Shown piece after piece: positions 12,571 through 26,856 of a stretch of 64,000 nucleotides of DNA (the first letter of the stretch is position 1; every line of letters begins with the position of its first letter). The DNA comes from Amphiscolops sp. MND2022 (taxonomy: Eukaryota), in the NCBI GenBank assembly GCA_964187785.1, contig OZ076409.1:19656001-19720000 (forward strand), given 5' to 3'. Below the pieces are notes generated by a model, which was not told where the DNA came from, did not search any database, and saw only the letters and a program-made list of their open reading frames with translations. The position numbers and the translations under genes were made by a program.

Positions 12571-13596
12571 GTTCTCTGTTCTCTTGTGTGAAAAAATAGA
12601 AATGACCTCACTCTCAAAATATTCAGCAGGTCTAAATAGAAGCCTGGAATGATGCGACGACATTAAAAGCGACTTTTTTCCGAAACAATATCTTTGTATC
12701 ATGGTGTTGTTTTCTTTGACTTCTTTGATCACTTCAGTTAACAAAAAGTCTCTATGAATCTGCGGGTTTTCCGCACTTCATGATTTCTTGATTAAATTTT
12801 CATGTAATTGGAGATCAAGTAATCCAAGAAGTTTTGAAAAAATTCTGAAAAAAAGTTCATCTGAGCTTGTGTATCTTCTCAACGTCATCTCATCAACAAC
12901 AGACAAGTCTAATGTTGTAATACTTTTACCGGCTTCATTTCCAGCAGGATTAAAAAGAAAATGAAATTTCGGAATTTTTAAAAAGTTTCTCAAAAGCTCA
13001 AAATTTTCTCAAAACTTCTCACAAAAAGAAACAAAAATGGATGGAATTTTTGTTCAATTTGCATTCGTCTGGTTTTTGGAGATCCGCCACCGATATTGGA
13101 CATGTTTTTTGGTTCCTGGAGCCAACCAACGCGCATCAAAATGCGATTTTATAATTTGTCAATATGACCCAAAGGCTTCCAAGACGTAGCCTTTACTATA
13201 AAACGGATATTGTCTAGAATTGTTTCAACCCATTTTTATTACGTTATATTAGAAAATAAAATCATAAGAACAAATTGACGTGGGCAGAATTCGACCTGAA
13301 CTAAGCTAAGCGACCGTCCTACTCGTCTTCTAAATAGAACTCAAAAACCCACCAGCTAAGATTAGTAGATATTGCTTTCAGGTTTTTTCATAAATAATTT
13401 CCCTACAGAAGTAGAGATTTTCCAAACGAAAGAATTTGCATACATCAGTTTCAAGGCCTAATAGGCGTGTTAAGGCTGTTGCTTACTTTTCTCCGATTTT
13501 GTTTGGAGGTCCCTTTCAAACATTTCATTATGATTGCCTTCGGGCATCAGTTCCGTACAATTTATCTTAAAGTAGAAAAATTTCCAGAGAGATTCA

Positions 13597-13972
13597 TGAA
13601 ACGGTTGATTTATCGTGAAATCATTTACTGTAGCTCATCAACTTTGTAGCAACAATGGTTCATCTCATGTACGTATCACTGTTATAGACTTGCAGTAACA
13701 GAATTGGAAGTGAAGAGAATGGCTGCGTGAAACTGTATTGTACGGCGTATGAAAAAGTTATGGCCAATTGTTTGATATTGCCATTTTGGCTAATTTTGAC
13801 AGGTTGATATTAATCATTGAAAATGATTATTTTCTCACAATAGTTTTATCTAAATGTACAAGAGCGCTCTACCACACTCCCTCATTGTTAGGAGGTGAAG
13901 GGGGAACAAATTTTTACAAAAGAAATTCACCAGGGAAATTAATTGTATCGCCATAATTTGTTTATGGGTATA
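13597..13972 (-). repeat. Probable 3' LTR of the Gypsy element
   Basis: Preceded on the - strand by a GGGGGA tract (13974-13979), ends ...TTTCA, and its end matches the remnant at 19419-19500. Confidence 0.55.
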
Positions 13973-16900
13973 ATCCCCCATTAGAATTAACATAAATACA
14001 AATATAACAACTAGCTCCAGATATAATACATCATAAGCTAGATCAACTAAAAGGCAATTTAGGATTCGGGTTAAGTATTTCGATCACACTTGGCAGACTT
14101 TCTTCAGTACGTAACTGTTGCCCAGCTGCTCGGCTTCTTTTCCCGTTTCACAGATCCGTGTAATGGTACGTTCATAGCATATTTATTTTCGTTGCCCAGT
14201 TCTTCAGTTACTTCAACACTCCTGTTCTCTTCCGGCTGTTGTTGCTCAGGGGTTTCAGTGCTGCTTTGTTCTTCTTCCTTTTTATTTGAGTTTCCATCTT
14301 GCTGGCTTCTTAACTTTGGTTAATTTTTTTCTTATTCTTCACATTTTTGGCTCAATTTCTGTTTTCGTACCTCCGGGTGAGTTTGGCGATGTGGGGTATT
14401 TGATGAAAGTTTCGTATGTTACGTTTGCCTCCCCAGTTGTTGGTTTTTGTCCATATATAACAGTTTTTGTCCCCTCACTGTCCTCCTGTGGACTGGTTTG
14501 GCTTTCCTGTAATATATCATGATTTGATTTGGTTTTCTTTTTATCGCTTTTTGTATAGTATGGGACACCCCTACTTTTTGGTATGTTTTGCTAATGATAT
14601 CCATTTTGATTTCTTTATTAATATAGTTGTTTCAGTTAGTGTTTGACCGCATTTTTTACCTGTTGCCGGTGTAAGATTGGTTTTCTTCGGATGGATTTGT
14701 AGTTCGCCCTCAATGTTGGCGTGAATTGGTTTTCCTTCGCTTGTATTGTAACAATTTGAAGTCTTTATCCGAGATGATGCTTAGATCCAGTTCCGCTGAC
14801 TTGTCAGTGGCTTTTTCGGGACGTGAAAGTTCCCTTTTCATTTCGTGACTGTTCTTTTTGTCTCACCCAGTCCTCGCTCTTCACACACTTTTCGGGTGTC
14901 GGCGGTTCGTTCCGTCTGTAACCGCATGATCCATGGTTTTGGAGCACGAGGATTGATGAGTGGCTGTTATTTGACTGGTGCCGATCCGTTTTGCCGGCGT
15001 TGTAATGTTCTGAAATGGTAACGGGTTGTATATTCGTTGTCTGTGAACAACTTTGCTCTTATCGGTGAATACCGTGTGGTCGGGTCCCGAAACTGCCACT
15101 TGCGGTTTATTGTCAAATTCACTGCTGCCCAGGAAACTCTTTTTTCATAAACTTTTTCAAAAAAAGTGAAAAAGTAAGTTTTTGTACTTATCGTACTGGG
15201 TGGTTTCTTTGCCTGGGTAAAAGTTATCCCCGTTTGTATTTCGGATCATTGGTTTTCTACTTCGACATCACCAAGTTATCCATGATCTCGCCGGTAGAAC
15301 TTCGGGTTATATAGACCGAGATTTCTTTGGAATCGACTGAAATAACATTTTTAAACTTAATTAGTTTTGTTCTGGGTTTTCGTCCAAAATGACGTTCAAA
15401 AAGTGCCTTTTTAGTTTCTGAATAGGTCGTGATTAAAAGTAAATGTAGTGCTTCATTTAGACTGTCACGCAGATTTTGGCTCCTTCCAGATTCGCTTTCA
15501 GTAAATTCGTCAGTGATTGGATGGTTATTTCGACCAATCTCGTGCTGGTATGTAAATTCGCTGTGCCGTGATCACGGGTTAACTTGTTTTCATGGCAGGA
15601 AAAATCATATTCTTTTGATTTGAATGCGCTGCATCTAACGGTTTCAGTAGATTTCGGTACGTTGTAGATATTGATATTTTCTTGCACGAATGTTATTACG
15701 ATTTCGCGATTGATATTTTTACAGAATTTTGCTACCGGCCAACTGCTATTACTGTCAACGGCAATTAGTGTAAAGGGGATGATTCAAAATGTTTACTAGG
15801 AAGGTGTCCGGTGAAACCCAGTTGGATTTCCCCGCCTGGAGTTTCTGTCGGTTACATTTTGGTTTTTTGTCTGTCCTGGGAGTTTTAAATTTTAGGTTTC
15901 TACCGGCGTTGAGGCAAGCGGAGCAGGTTTTGACCTTATTTTCGATGCCTACTGGCATATTGGGGCATCAGAAAACAGCAGCATCGCAGCACAACTTGTT
16001 TAGCAGGCATTTGGTTTAGTTTGTTATCCTCGAGACAGCCTTGCAGTTCAATAAAGTCCGGATGGGCGGCGGTTTCTTTGATTAATGTTTCTAGGTTGAG
16101 CATGAAGTCCAGCTCCGCCGATCTGACGTTGTCTTCTTGCTTCTTGTTCCTCAGTGCATTATTTTTTTCGACTCGGTTAATACGGACGTAGTGCAGTGCG
16201 ATTGCTTCCATTGGCCCGTCACAGAAGTCTTCTACCGGAATTGACGGGCATGCCCCGGGTTCATGGGTAGGTATTGACTCTTTGGGGTTGGATGAGGCCG
16301 TTGATTCGGAGTGTTTGCTGGTTTTCATCGGTGTGTCTGTAGGTGTAGTGGGTTTTCGCTAAAATGCGTCTTCAAAGTCTTTGAAATACCCGCCTTGGAG
16401 ATGCGTGTCCCGGCATTCTTAGAGAACGCAAATCGATGAGTTTATTTGTTCAGTGTTCGTCCTCGGTCTGGCTTTCTAGGAATGATCATTTTTCTTCTCC
16501 AGTTTTTGTAATACTGGTGCCTCATAATTCCGGTTTGGATACTTCAGTTCTCCTGTCCACCAAATGTTGGGTTTCCTGTATATTGTCCTTCCGTTTGACT
16601 ATTCTCATTAGAATATCCTACCATCTCAATGGAGTTTATCCGGAGTTTGACAACAGAGATTTGTTTGACGGAGTGTAATTCGCTTTAGGCGGTCATGTGA
16701 AAATTAGTATGGCCGTTCTTTGGTTTGTAGCGGCGCGTTCCAGCTTTTATGCGTCGAATATCAAACATGTCTATGCGCCGTGGTGGTGGGGGTGTTTGAT
16801 TAGCTAAAAAAGCGTCCGATGCTGCTATTCACCGTCGCTAGTTGGGCGATGGCGTAGATTATGAAATCTTCTCCGAATTTGTTTCCAGTTCCCCGTTTTT

Positions 16901-19500
16901 GGTACGAGTTTTGCTGATAAATTCCGTGAATTCATTTTTTTCCGGCTGTGCACATGAGAGTAATATCAACGTGGTTTGATATATCAAGCCACCGTGTTAA
17001 TCGGGCGCTATATTGTTTGTTGGTTTTCCTTTTTTATCAGGAGTGGTTCTAGAGCATGATTGTCAGAAAATATTTGGACCTGTGTTCCGTATAGGTGAAA
17101 TCCAAACCGTTCCAAAGCCCAACCTAGGGCTAGTAGTTCCAATTCGCCGACCAATTACTCTATTTTGCATCATTTGAGTATCGGCTTGCAAAAGCGATAG
17201 GTTTTAAATTGCCATTTTGTTATTTCTGCCAGAGCGCTATTCTGAGGCCAGTTTGCAGGCTTCGGTGTAACACTATTTTCTTCGTTACCGTTGCATTGCG
17301 CGAGGCATGGTTGCGATATTAGGTCTCTGTCGTTTTTGAAATCGGTGTTTCGTTCTTCGGTTCATTCCCACTTTGTTCCCAACTTCAGTAGTCGTCCCAA
17401 GTTGTCAGTTGTTTTCCGGATAGATTTGGTATGAATTTTGTGAAGTATTGGATTGCCCCCAGAAAGAATTTTAATGTCTTGGTATTTGTTGGGGGGTTTT
17501 GTCTACTTTGATTTTTTTCGGTCTGATGCCGTCTTGTGAGATCGTATAGCCCAGCCAAACCGTTTGTTTTAATGAAAATTTCGATGTTTTGTTGCTGGCT
17601 TTCTACCATTCTTTTCCCAGTTTTGTGAGTACTGGTTCCAGTTTCCAGATATGTTTTTCTTTCGCGCAGCGTGTAACGACATTTATGTCGTCTAACCAGA
17701 CTGGTACTTGGTGTCCAGGGGTGCGGTCTACTTCTGACTGGACTATCGTGGGTATGTCTGCTGGACTGTAAAATCCCTTCGAGAATTGGTAGTATCCATT
17801 AGTTTTTTTGTCCGGTAAGAGCGAAGTTATAGTGTCTGCTAGTTTCGGGTGCTAGTTTCATTTGTCCGTAGTCTAGATTTATTACAGATATCCAGATGGG
17901 ATTGGTGTTGTTTTTTGATAGTTATGAAGATATGTGGTGAGTAGTTCATCCAAATTTGGTAGGTGTGGTCTCTTTTTCAAAAAACTTTCGTTCCGTTTTC
18001 GGGCATTTAATGCACTTTTGACAGATTTGTCCTTTTTTACCATATTTACTTCGACGTGGGATATAAAACAGTCTTATTCGATGGTGTATAGTCTATTTAG
18101 ATGTCCTGATATGATTAGATCGGTTTAGTTCATGCTTTACGTCAACTTGTAGATGGTAAGGTACGGGTCGCAGTTTCTGTTGTATTGGGTCACATCCCGT
18201 TTTATTTGTACTTTCCCTTAGGGATTTCGTTCGTCGTGAAAAGTTCGTGAAATTTTCTGTGGACTTGTTCTGATTGGTCCGTTTCGTTGTCCAGTCACTG
18301 TGAAACTCCACTGATATTTTGTATTAGTAATTGGTATGTGTTTTAACCAGTTCACGCCAATTAACGGTGTAATGTCATGTTTTGGTACCTAATACCGGTA
18401 CTTTCTTTTATCGGTTGTTATGTGTGTTCACCGATATCTTCCCGATATCTTCCCCAGGGATTCGATCTCGGTGTTTGCATCTGGATATCTCTCCTTCAAC
18501 GGTTGTAAATTTTTGGTATTATGTAGTTTTTTGTTGGTATGGCATGATGTTAACCGGACGGCCGGTGTCAATGATGAATTTCTTCTTTTTCATTTTCGTT
18601 TCTTTTTATTTCGACACTGTAATGGTCGGTATTGTCAAGCCTTATTCGCTTTATTTGTGTTATATGGCGGATTTCGTCGAATTCACTTTCACCCTCTTCT
18701 TCTTGCCTTTTCCATATAGTTTACCGATCTTGGTTCGTTGTTTTCTTGTTTGATGCGGCATACCCTGGAAATGTGTCCAATTTTCTAACAGTTGTTGCAT
18801 GTCTTGGAGTTTGGGGGCATTTATGCTGGGTTCAGTTCTGTTCTCCACAGCACCCGCAGTTCACAGACTTTTTTGTGTCATGTACGTTTTGTATTTTGTT
18901 TTAGTGTAGTCTCGGTCTTGTCTTGTTTGTATTTTCTTGATTGGTTCCTGCAACGGGTATTGTGAATTGTTTATGCCGTCGGTCGTAGCTGTTTTATGTT
19001 TCAATTCTGTCGTTGTTTTGATATTCAATGTTCTCTCGCGTAGTAGTTTTTCGTGTTATTTTTTGTCTGTGATGTTGGTTACGAATTTTGATATCAGCGA
19101 GTCGTCTTGTTTTATTTCTTTGAGTTCGCTGTTCTGCTCCAGTGTTACTAACTTATTTCAAACTTCCTCCATTGTTTTGTTTTCTTCTTGCTTTGCCCAG
19201 AAAAAAATGCCACATTCTTTTGGTCCAATCTTGCGGTGTATATAGTTTCTTGCCATCTAGTCCGGTTTCTTCTATGTACGGTTATCGAATGTGCTTCACG
19301 GTTGTCATTATTGGTTGTTTTGTTGGTGAATAGATTTATTGTAGAATAAAGTTGGGATAAGGGCTAAAAATTGTATCTTAATGATTGAAGAAGTGTTAAG
19401 AACGCTAAGATCTACATTTAAAACGGTTGATGTATTTTGAAATCTTGAATTAGCTCATCAACTTTGTAACAACAATGGTTCTTCTCACGTACGTATCACT
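13597..19500 (-). mobile_element. Decayed Ty3/Gypsy LTR retrotransposon (gag-pol remnants)
   Basis: Minus-strand peptides: PIQQKLRPVPYHLQVDVKHELNR (RT N-terminus, ~18200), LKFFLGAIQYFTKFIPNLS (RT thumb, ~17450), ELELLALGWALERFGFHLYG...IFSDNHALEPL (RNase H, ~17100), IENKVKTCSACLNAGRNLK (integrase Zn finger, ~15930). The order is RT-RH-INT, with many frameshifts. An ~85-bp LTR remnant is shared between 13597-13680 and 19419-19500. Confidence 0.88.
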
Positions 19501-20579
19501 AAGTTTGACAAAAAATTTATAACATAATTGCGGCAATCTAATTAGCACGTTTTAGAGTTTGTTCATCAAAAACTCTGTTGTGCTGGTATTTGTAATGAAA
19601 ACCTTGCAGCGATATTGGAATTTTTGAATTGATTGCACGGTTTCGAAATTGTTCAGTGCAGTGTGTAAACAAAAAAGGCTTGGAAGTTGGAGAAAACGCC
19701 TTTTGATATAAATTTCATTGTGCTCAAAGATCAAAAACGTTTCAGCAAGATAGTGTGTTATGCAAAGTTCTTCTTTTCCTGTCTTAGAAGCTTCCAGGAA
19801 CAGTGCATATCACCTGGAAAAGATTTCCACAGGCATTTGCTAAGATGAAAACGAGTTTAGATACACGTACTTAAACTGGAAAAAAGTTTCATTTTCAAAG
19901 AATATTCACTGAGCGATAGTAAACTCTAAAATTGATTTGAGCACAGCTACATGAAACGCATGCACTTAAGTTTGTTTTCGTCATATTACAGCGTCTGTGC
20001 TTAAGAAATTCGCGGTTTTGCACGCAAAAATCTGAATCTTGCGGGAGTTTTGTTTTTAATTTCCTTGAATTGTAGAGAAATCAAATACTGAAGAATTAAT
20101 GATTCACCATAAAAATTTCTGTAAGCAGCGCGCGAAAACCTTACAAATTTGCCTCGCAACTTATAAAAACATGCAAAAGTTTCGACCACTTTCAACTAGG
20201 CCTTTTCTTGAAAACAAAGATAAAGTAGAAGGGAGTACCATGAAAAACACCGAAGGTACAGGAGAAAAACCTGAGAAATTCAGTGAGTACCTCATTAGAT
20301 ATACCTGAGGTTTTCAGGCAAAAACCAAATCTTACTGTTTTATTGTCTTTGTGCCTGTAGTTACATTGAGAAATGAATTAAACTTGAATATTTGATGTAA
20401 ACTAAACATCAAGCAATGATACGTATAACGTCGGGGCAAAAATGTTAGAAACAAAGTCAAATTTGTTTCAGAAAATAGAAGCCTTTTAATCTAGACACTT
20501 TTTGTAAATAGGAAAATTTCAAACCCCAAAGAATAATTCTTTGTTCCCGAAAAAAAACCATTTGAAGCTTCGTTTACAG

Positions 20580-21066
20580 AACAAGACGAGAACGTCTAAA
20601 GTCGGCGCCATATCTAAGGCTCAAAAAGCGCAAAACATTTTTTTTTGGAAAAAAAACTTGTAATTTTTGAAAAAAAATTCTTTCAAAAAAGTCGCATAGT
20701 ACCGAAAAATGTAGAAGGGGGGACCCTTTGGGATTGATTAACATACATTCAGTTGCAAAATTTGAGAAAACTCGAAGGGGGGACCCTTTTGAGACATTAA
20801 AAAATTTTTCTAAAAAAAGTCTCACAGAGCCGAAAATACTGTAAGGAGGGCGTACCCTTTGGTCCCGTTGAGTTTCTTAGATGATGTAAAAATACTACTT
20901 CGCAAGCTTTTGCGCCAGTATTTTAAATTTGCTAAGTAAGAATTGTAAGATTTCAAGATTGTAAGAATTGTAAGAAAAGTGGACCTTTCAGTGTGAGGCT
21001 GAATAAAAAAAAGGTCACTGCTATAGTCGGGCATTTTTCCTTAAAAGGATAAAGCGCCGACTAAAA
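20580..21066 (-). mobile_element. Helentron-associated (HINE/DINE-1-like) non-autonomous element
   Basis: Asymmetric subterminal IRs AGTCGGCGC / GCGCCGACT, an internal CCCGACT partner near one end, a terminal stem-loop AGACG-agaa-CGTCT and T-rich ends. Close relative at 54082-54558. Confidence 0.75.
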
Positions 21067-24000
21067 ATCAGGATAAAATGTCAGTTTGCAGTTTGACGTA
21101 CAATTTGGCATTTTCGGTCAGGATTACGCAGTGAGTTTATAACGTGTCTACGTTAGTTGACAACGTTATGCTAATTGCCAGCTTGTGTTTGATTAGCCTG
21201 ATATTCACCGAAGCTGGGGTTTTGCCGGAGGAACTTCAGTTAATCCTTTCACCCCAGATGTCATACAATTGTTTCCCGCTGTTTTTACAGTTCAGGGCTC
21301 AGGGACACTAAACATTTGTGATACAGTTTACGAGTGAAGTTTTTTGGGGCGATCTTGTGGAGACTTTTCCAATGTTTTGCATACGTGGCGGTTGCTACTA
21401 GCGATGTGCATTAGCCAATCAAAATCAACCTCTAAACAACGTATCAGAAGGAAATCTCAGGTCTGAGTTAGGTATTTGGGTACTTGATCAGATCAGTTAG
21501 ATCAAAGGCTATAGTTCTCTATTAACGATAACCAATGCTACAAGGAATACAAGAAAACAAGAATCAGCATGCGCTTCGAAAAGAAAGCTCGAAAAAAAAC
21601 ACTCGTAACCCCATCATGAATGCACAGATACCAAATAAAAAATGCTGGCTTTTGATTTCTAGAAGAATGGTGATCCAGATAATTTTCCATGCTTTTTCCA
21701 TTTGAGTTCTCTGTTTTGAACGTACACTTTTCCACAACCGTACTCTGTGGATTCTTAAATGGCGACTTTGTGATACATACCAATGCCGTCGGGTTACCAG
21801 CGTGGAAAGATTGGTTTCTTCAAATATATCTGCTATGTTTGTGAAACTTACAAACGCCTGAATGGGCTAATTTTTCACAAATTTGGATCATGAAAACTAG
21901 TGATTTTATCAAAGGTTTGTTTCGCATTAATGCACTGACGTGAAATCGAAACCAGCTTACGGGAAATGACATAAAATGAAATGGTGTGGTTTATAATATT
22001 ATCACCCAAAATTTCACGAAGCGGAGATAATGCCAAACATACTTGATAATGAATTTTTTGCCTTACTGAGAAATTGCACCGGATTGCCAGCAAATGATTT
22101 TCAAGTGGTATTTTCAGAATAACTTTAACAGGGATATTCGTATGTTATTCGACTAATAGTTCCAAAGTTTCAAGTGAAACATGTCATTGCAGTTGCAAAA
22201 AAATGAATTTTTAATTTTTCGAGAAAGAATTTATAACATTTTCGTTATCTGTCAGTTACTCTCGTCAAAAAACATGCTTGAAATTTTCACGAAAAACTTT
22301 CAACACGAATGGAGGTTAAAGCAAGTTTTCAAGTCGAAGTGGTCAAACAAATTCTACGAAATGCCAAGATGATTCAAAAAGTCCTCCATTCCTTTTTTGA
22401 ACATATGCATTTGAGATTAAAAGCAATATGTCGGTTCATTTTTGGCACTGTGCGACATTTGTTTTGAAAATTGCTCATTTCACAATGGAGTCCTCTTTCG
22501 ATTTCCTTGATGTTTTCTGTTAGAAGGAAGCCTTTTTCAGCCCGAAGGTTACTTTTCGAAGAGACTTCTCAGGATTCAGGATTCATACAGAACAGCTTTT
22601 TAGCATATTTGAGTCAGAAAAAAGCTTCTTTCAAGCCCAAAGAGACTCCATTCTGTTTTTCCACACTGTGAGATTGAAAAATTTTCAAAAACATTCGTTA
22701 ACGCTTTGAAGTACTTTGCGGTTTTTGAGCCTTAAGCGGGGAGCCCCACTTTAGACGTTCCCGTCTTATTCTTGTCTTGTTTTAACTGTGGAAAAGAAGA
22801 TTTTTTTCTGTGATTAAATCCGTAAAACGTAAAAACCTTCATTTGTGTTTTTTTTTCACGGAAGGCAAGTATAACGTGTAAAGGTTTTATTGGCATGTAA
22901 ATACGGTAGTTGAGACCTTATAGCTGAAAAAACGCTGGAAGAGTCTGACTTGAGAAGTTCTTTGAAAATTCAAGCTGATAAACAAAGAATTACAATTGAT
23001 GAGTTCAATATTCCATATATGTTAAGGAGCTTTTCCATAAATAATTCTCATACTAATATATAATTGGAATATTTTTTCGTCTGGTTAAAGAAACGAAAAA
23101 TACGCCCGACTATGACAGTGACTAATTTTATTTCACATCACCTAGCTCACATTGAAAGACCCACCTTTCAGACTCCTCGCCTACGATCTGAAGCGTACTC
23201 AAAAAGTCCAAAGGGTCCCTTGGACTTTTAAACAGTCAAATTTTAGCTTTCGAGTAAAATATGTCCTCCCCGTTAGCACTTTTCACAGTAAGGTGCTGCT
23301 TATTTCCGAAACCATTCATGTTCCACAAAAGGGTCCTTTATTGTTCTTTGAGCCCGAAAGGTCCTCTTTTGGTTATCTTTTGGCAGTGTGTACTTGTAAA
23401 CCTTTTAGGTCTTAAACAATTAAAGTAGCCCCAGTTCAGACTGCCAGACTTTTCTACATGCTGCAGGCCTACATGCAGGGTGGTTTGTTCAGTAACTTTG
23501 CGGCAGTAGATTTTGAAGGATCACACTGCAATCCACTTCGTTATCGACACCATCACGATGTTACAGTTTGGTTTAAAGCTAAAAATTTGACGTAATTGAC
23601 GTAATCGCCGCTTCTCAACTAGCACCCTGAAAATGACGCTAGGTGGAACTTTGTCCCCTGGATGAAAATACTTTGCATGAGAATGGCGGTAAAAATGACA
23701 TCATCACTGCCGCATTCAAAACAGATCTGATGCAAAGTAAATCATGCAAAACTTCACGCTTTGCTGCCAAATTTTAAATGCATATTCCGAACAGCTTGAT
23801 AAAAAGGAAAATAATCAATAAAAATATTTCGAATGAAAATTTCAGAAAGTTGTAGAAAATCCTTTTTGAGAAAGTTCTAGAAAATGAACTGAAAGTTCAT
23901 CAGCTTGTTTAGAACACTTTGCCTTCTAAGATTTTAACGGCACGACGACTTTGCGTTCACTATTAACGGGTGGATGCGTTTTCTGGCTTTATTGCTGTCC

Positions 24001-24615
24001 ATTATTTCAGCCCGATATTGAATCATTCCTTAGTAGCGATCCTTCAGCATTTTCGTAACAATATTATCCCAATGGTAACAATATTTGTTCATTCTATTAG
24101 GTTTTTGTTGCAATCCATTTGAAATCAGATTCCTTTTGGACAAAACGAGTTCTCTGTCTGAGTTGAGAAAGCCGATGCCAGAAAAACTTCTTTTCCAACG
24201 CATTTTTTTCATTAACATTAAGTTCCAATATGTAGTGAAAGGTGAGCTTGTTCTTGCTTCTTACGAGCTCTCGAATTTTTCAGAACTTTGTATTGAATTC
24301 TGTCACTGTTCTCAAAAAAAATTCCTGAAAATACTTTCATGATGTTTTATCAATCAGCTATGACAACGTTTTCGAAGTGTTGAAGGTATCGTTTACCAGA
24401 GCCTTTTTTGCTAGAATGCACTTGTTGAAAGTTTTATTTGTTTCATTTACTTTGTTGCTTCTTGAATGGTTTCGCAGAAAAATTGTAAGCTTTCACAGAA
24501 TTTTTAAAGAGTTTCCCGCAACTTCGACTATCACATGCAAAAAACTAATCTGGTCTTGCTGCCTTCTCAAACCGATCATTTAGCTTTCGATTTTTGTTTC
24601 TGAATGTTGATATAA

Positions 24616-24641
24616 GTCTCTTTCTCTCTCTCTCTCTCTCT

Positions 24642-24681
<40 letters not shown>

Positions 24682-24692
24682 ATCTCTCTCTC
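24616..24692. repeat. (CT)n microsatellite
   Basis: Interrupted run of tc dinucleotides. Confidence 0.95.
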
Positions 24693-26591
24693 TTTTCGAC
24701 TCTATCACTAGGCATGAAACGAAGCCACTTTTTTGTTTGTATATAATTTGACTGAAAATGCTTTGATTCAACACTTGGTAGTCAATTCAAAATGGTGATA
24801 ATTTTCGCGAAAAACAATTGTAATTCATGTTCCTCGAAAATGGTACATAATTCCAGACGACCTGATGAAAAAAGGAATTCGTGCTTCAAATTTTTGCTTA
24901 CGTTAATTAAATTTGATGGGAAGTGCTGGGCTACCTACAAAATATCAAGAAAGAAAGCAAGCAAGTTAAACTATTGTGGAATCGTGAATTATCCCAAATT
25001 AGACCTTTGAAAGACCAAAGGCAGTTTTCCTCAACTGAACACATCAAAAACCTGAATTTTTGACAAGAACATTTTTTCAAATGAGGGAATTTTTGACAAA
25101 AAAACGCACACGTGTGAAACCCAGAAACGGTTACTTTTACGCTTGAGGAACGCTTTTTTCAAAGTAAAATAGTAAAATCATTTAAAAAAACGAAAAGGAC
25201 AGTTAGGACTCGCATCTCAGTGTTTGTGAAGAAGCACTTTAGTGTTCTGATTTGCTGATTTGCATAGGACGATGAACTGATAGCAATTTCTGAAGCCATA
25301 TTCTCTGTACATTGACAGAATCCAAAATATCAAATTTTTGTCATTCAGTTGTTAATTTTTCTTGTCAAATTTTCCATCTCAATTTTCTGTCTCATTCTTG
25401 AGAGCTTATTTCCGTCCAAAGTTTCTCATTTCAATAAAAGCCTCTGTTGACTAATTGGGTTTATTCATTATTCTGGCCTAGTCCATCTGCCCCAGTCGTC
25501 AAGTTGTCTAATTCTTGTCCTATACGATTCAGATTACAGTTTCCGCTCATTACGTCCATGTTTCCAAAATAGTACATGATATCATATAAAAATGAACTCT
25601 TTGCTTCGCGATTCTGCCTCTTAGTTGGAGGGGATTGGCTTTAAAAGTTTTTCAGATATGCTTGTACCTTTTTTCTAGGACTTTAATTTGTATGTTTTGT
25701 TTTCCTGGTCAAACTTACTAAAAACTGCATGACAAGCAGGAAACTGTGTTTCATTATGCTACTTTTGAGTGAGAGGTCAGAATACACTGGGTTAGCAAAA
25801 AGCTAAAGGCACTCGATTTCGCTGAGAAAAAATTCAAACCGCAATGATTTTTTGACAATCAATTGATACAAAAGTCGAAATTGCAAAACATTTCAAAGTT
25901 TGATTAAAATGACAGGAGTATTTTTTATGTTTTAAAATCAAACCTAATAACTTATGACTCTTCGCTTCTTTTTGACCTTTGGCCGAAATTTATAATGCAA
26001 TATATCGAAACAATGTTCGTAGCTATTGTTCGTAGCAAAAATACCAGTAAAAAACTTTGTACAGTTTAGATCTTTAACTTTTAACTTTATTACTTTTTCG
26101 AAAACGACCCATTAAGAATTTACACCATAAATTGATCAAAAAAATTTTTTTTTCAACTTTTACTCCCTGAAAAAATGTTTCAGAGGAGTTACAACTATTT
26201 TTGGCTGTTCAATATTCAAGTAAGCATTTCCAGAAAAAATCTTCAGAATACCGTGTGATATAACTTTCCCAGTTTCCTCCCTTTTGGATAATTTTAAAGG
26301 TTAGTACCCTTTGAAAATTGTCGTTAGCGAAATTGAGCGTCTTTAGCTTTTGGTACCCTAGTGCAGCATTATGATGGAATTAAAATGGAGCAGGTGTTTT
26401 GTATATTTTTTCATGTCATTGGGTCGAATTGTCACATGTGGGTGAGTGACACATCTGTATATAATGACAATGAAGATCAAACTACAACAGCAACTTCACA
26501 AGTTTTGTGTTCGGGCCATGATGACGTACTCTTCACATGTTTCAACGTTCCATGCATAACTGACAAAAACTAGAACAAAACTTTATACTGT

Positions 26592-26856
26592 AAACAAGCC
26601 GAGAACGGCCCAAGCCGGCGGCTCCGCTCACCGAAATGGGGCCGTTGGTCTCGTTTATACCTACATTGGTTAGTATTGATCCGCCACATCCAAGAGATAA
26701 GCCCACGAGCGGTAAACACAAGACTATCGCTTCTTCCCAACCGGCGTTGTTAGGTGACAATTATAAAAAGTTACAAAATTTGACGTTTCAGGGTGACCGA
26801 AGAAAATTTGCCACTTTAAGAGTCTTGTACTTTTCACTGAAAAGCGCCGACTAAAA
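26592..26856 (-). mobile_element. Short HINE-like element (related subfamily)
   Basis: End hairpin aacaaGCCGagaaCGGCccaagccggcg and opposite end aaaaGCGCCGACTaaaa. Confidence 0.6.

Noticed and set aside
13275..13345. tRNA-like B-box on the - strand (also ggttcgagtc at ~33755)
   Set aside because: No cloverleaf can be built; at most decayed SINE-like fragments.
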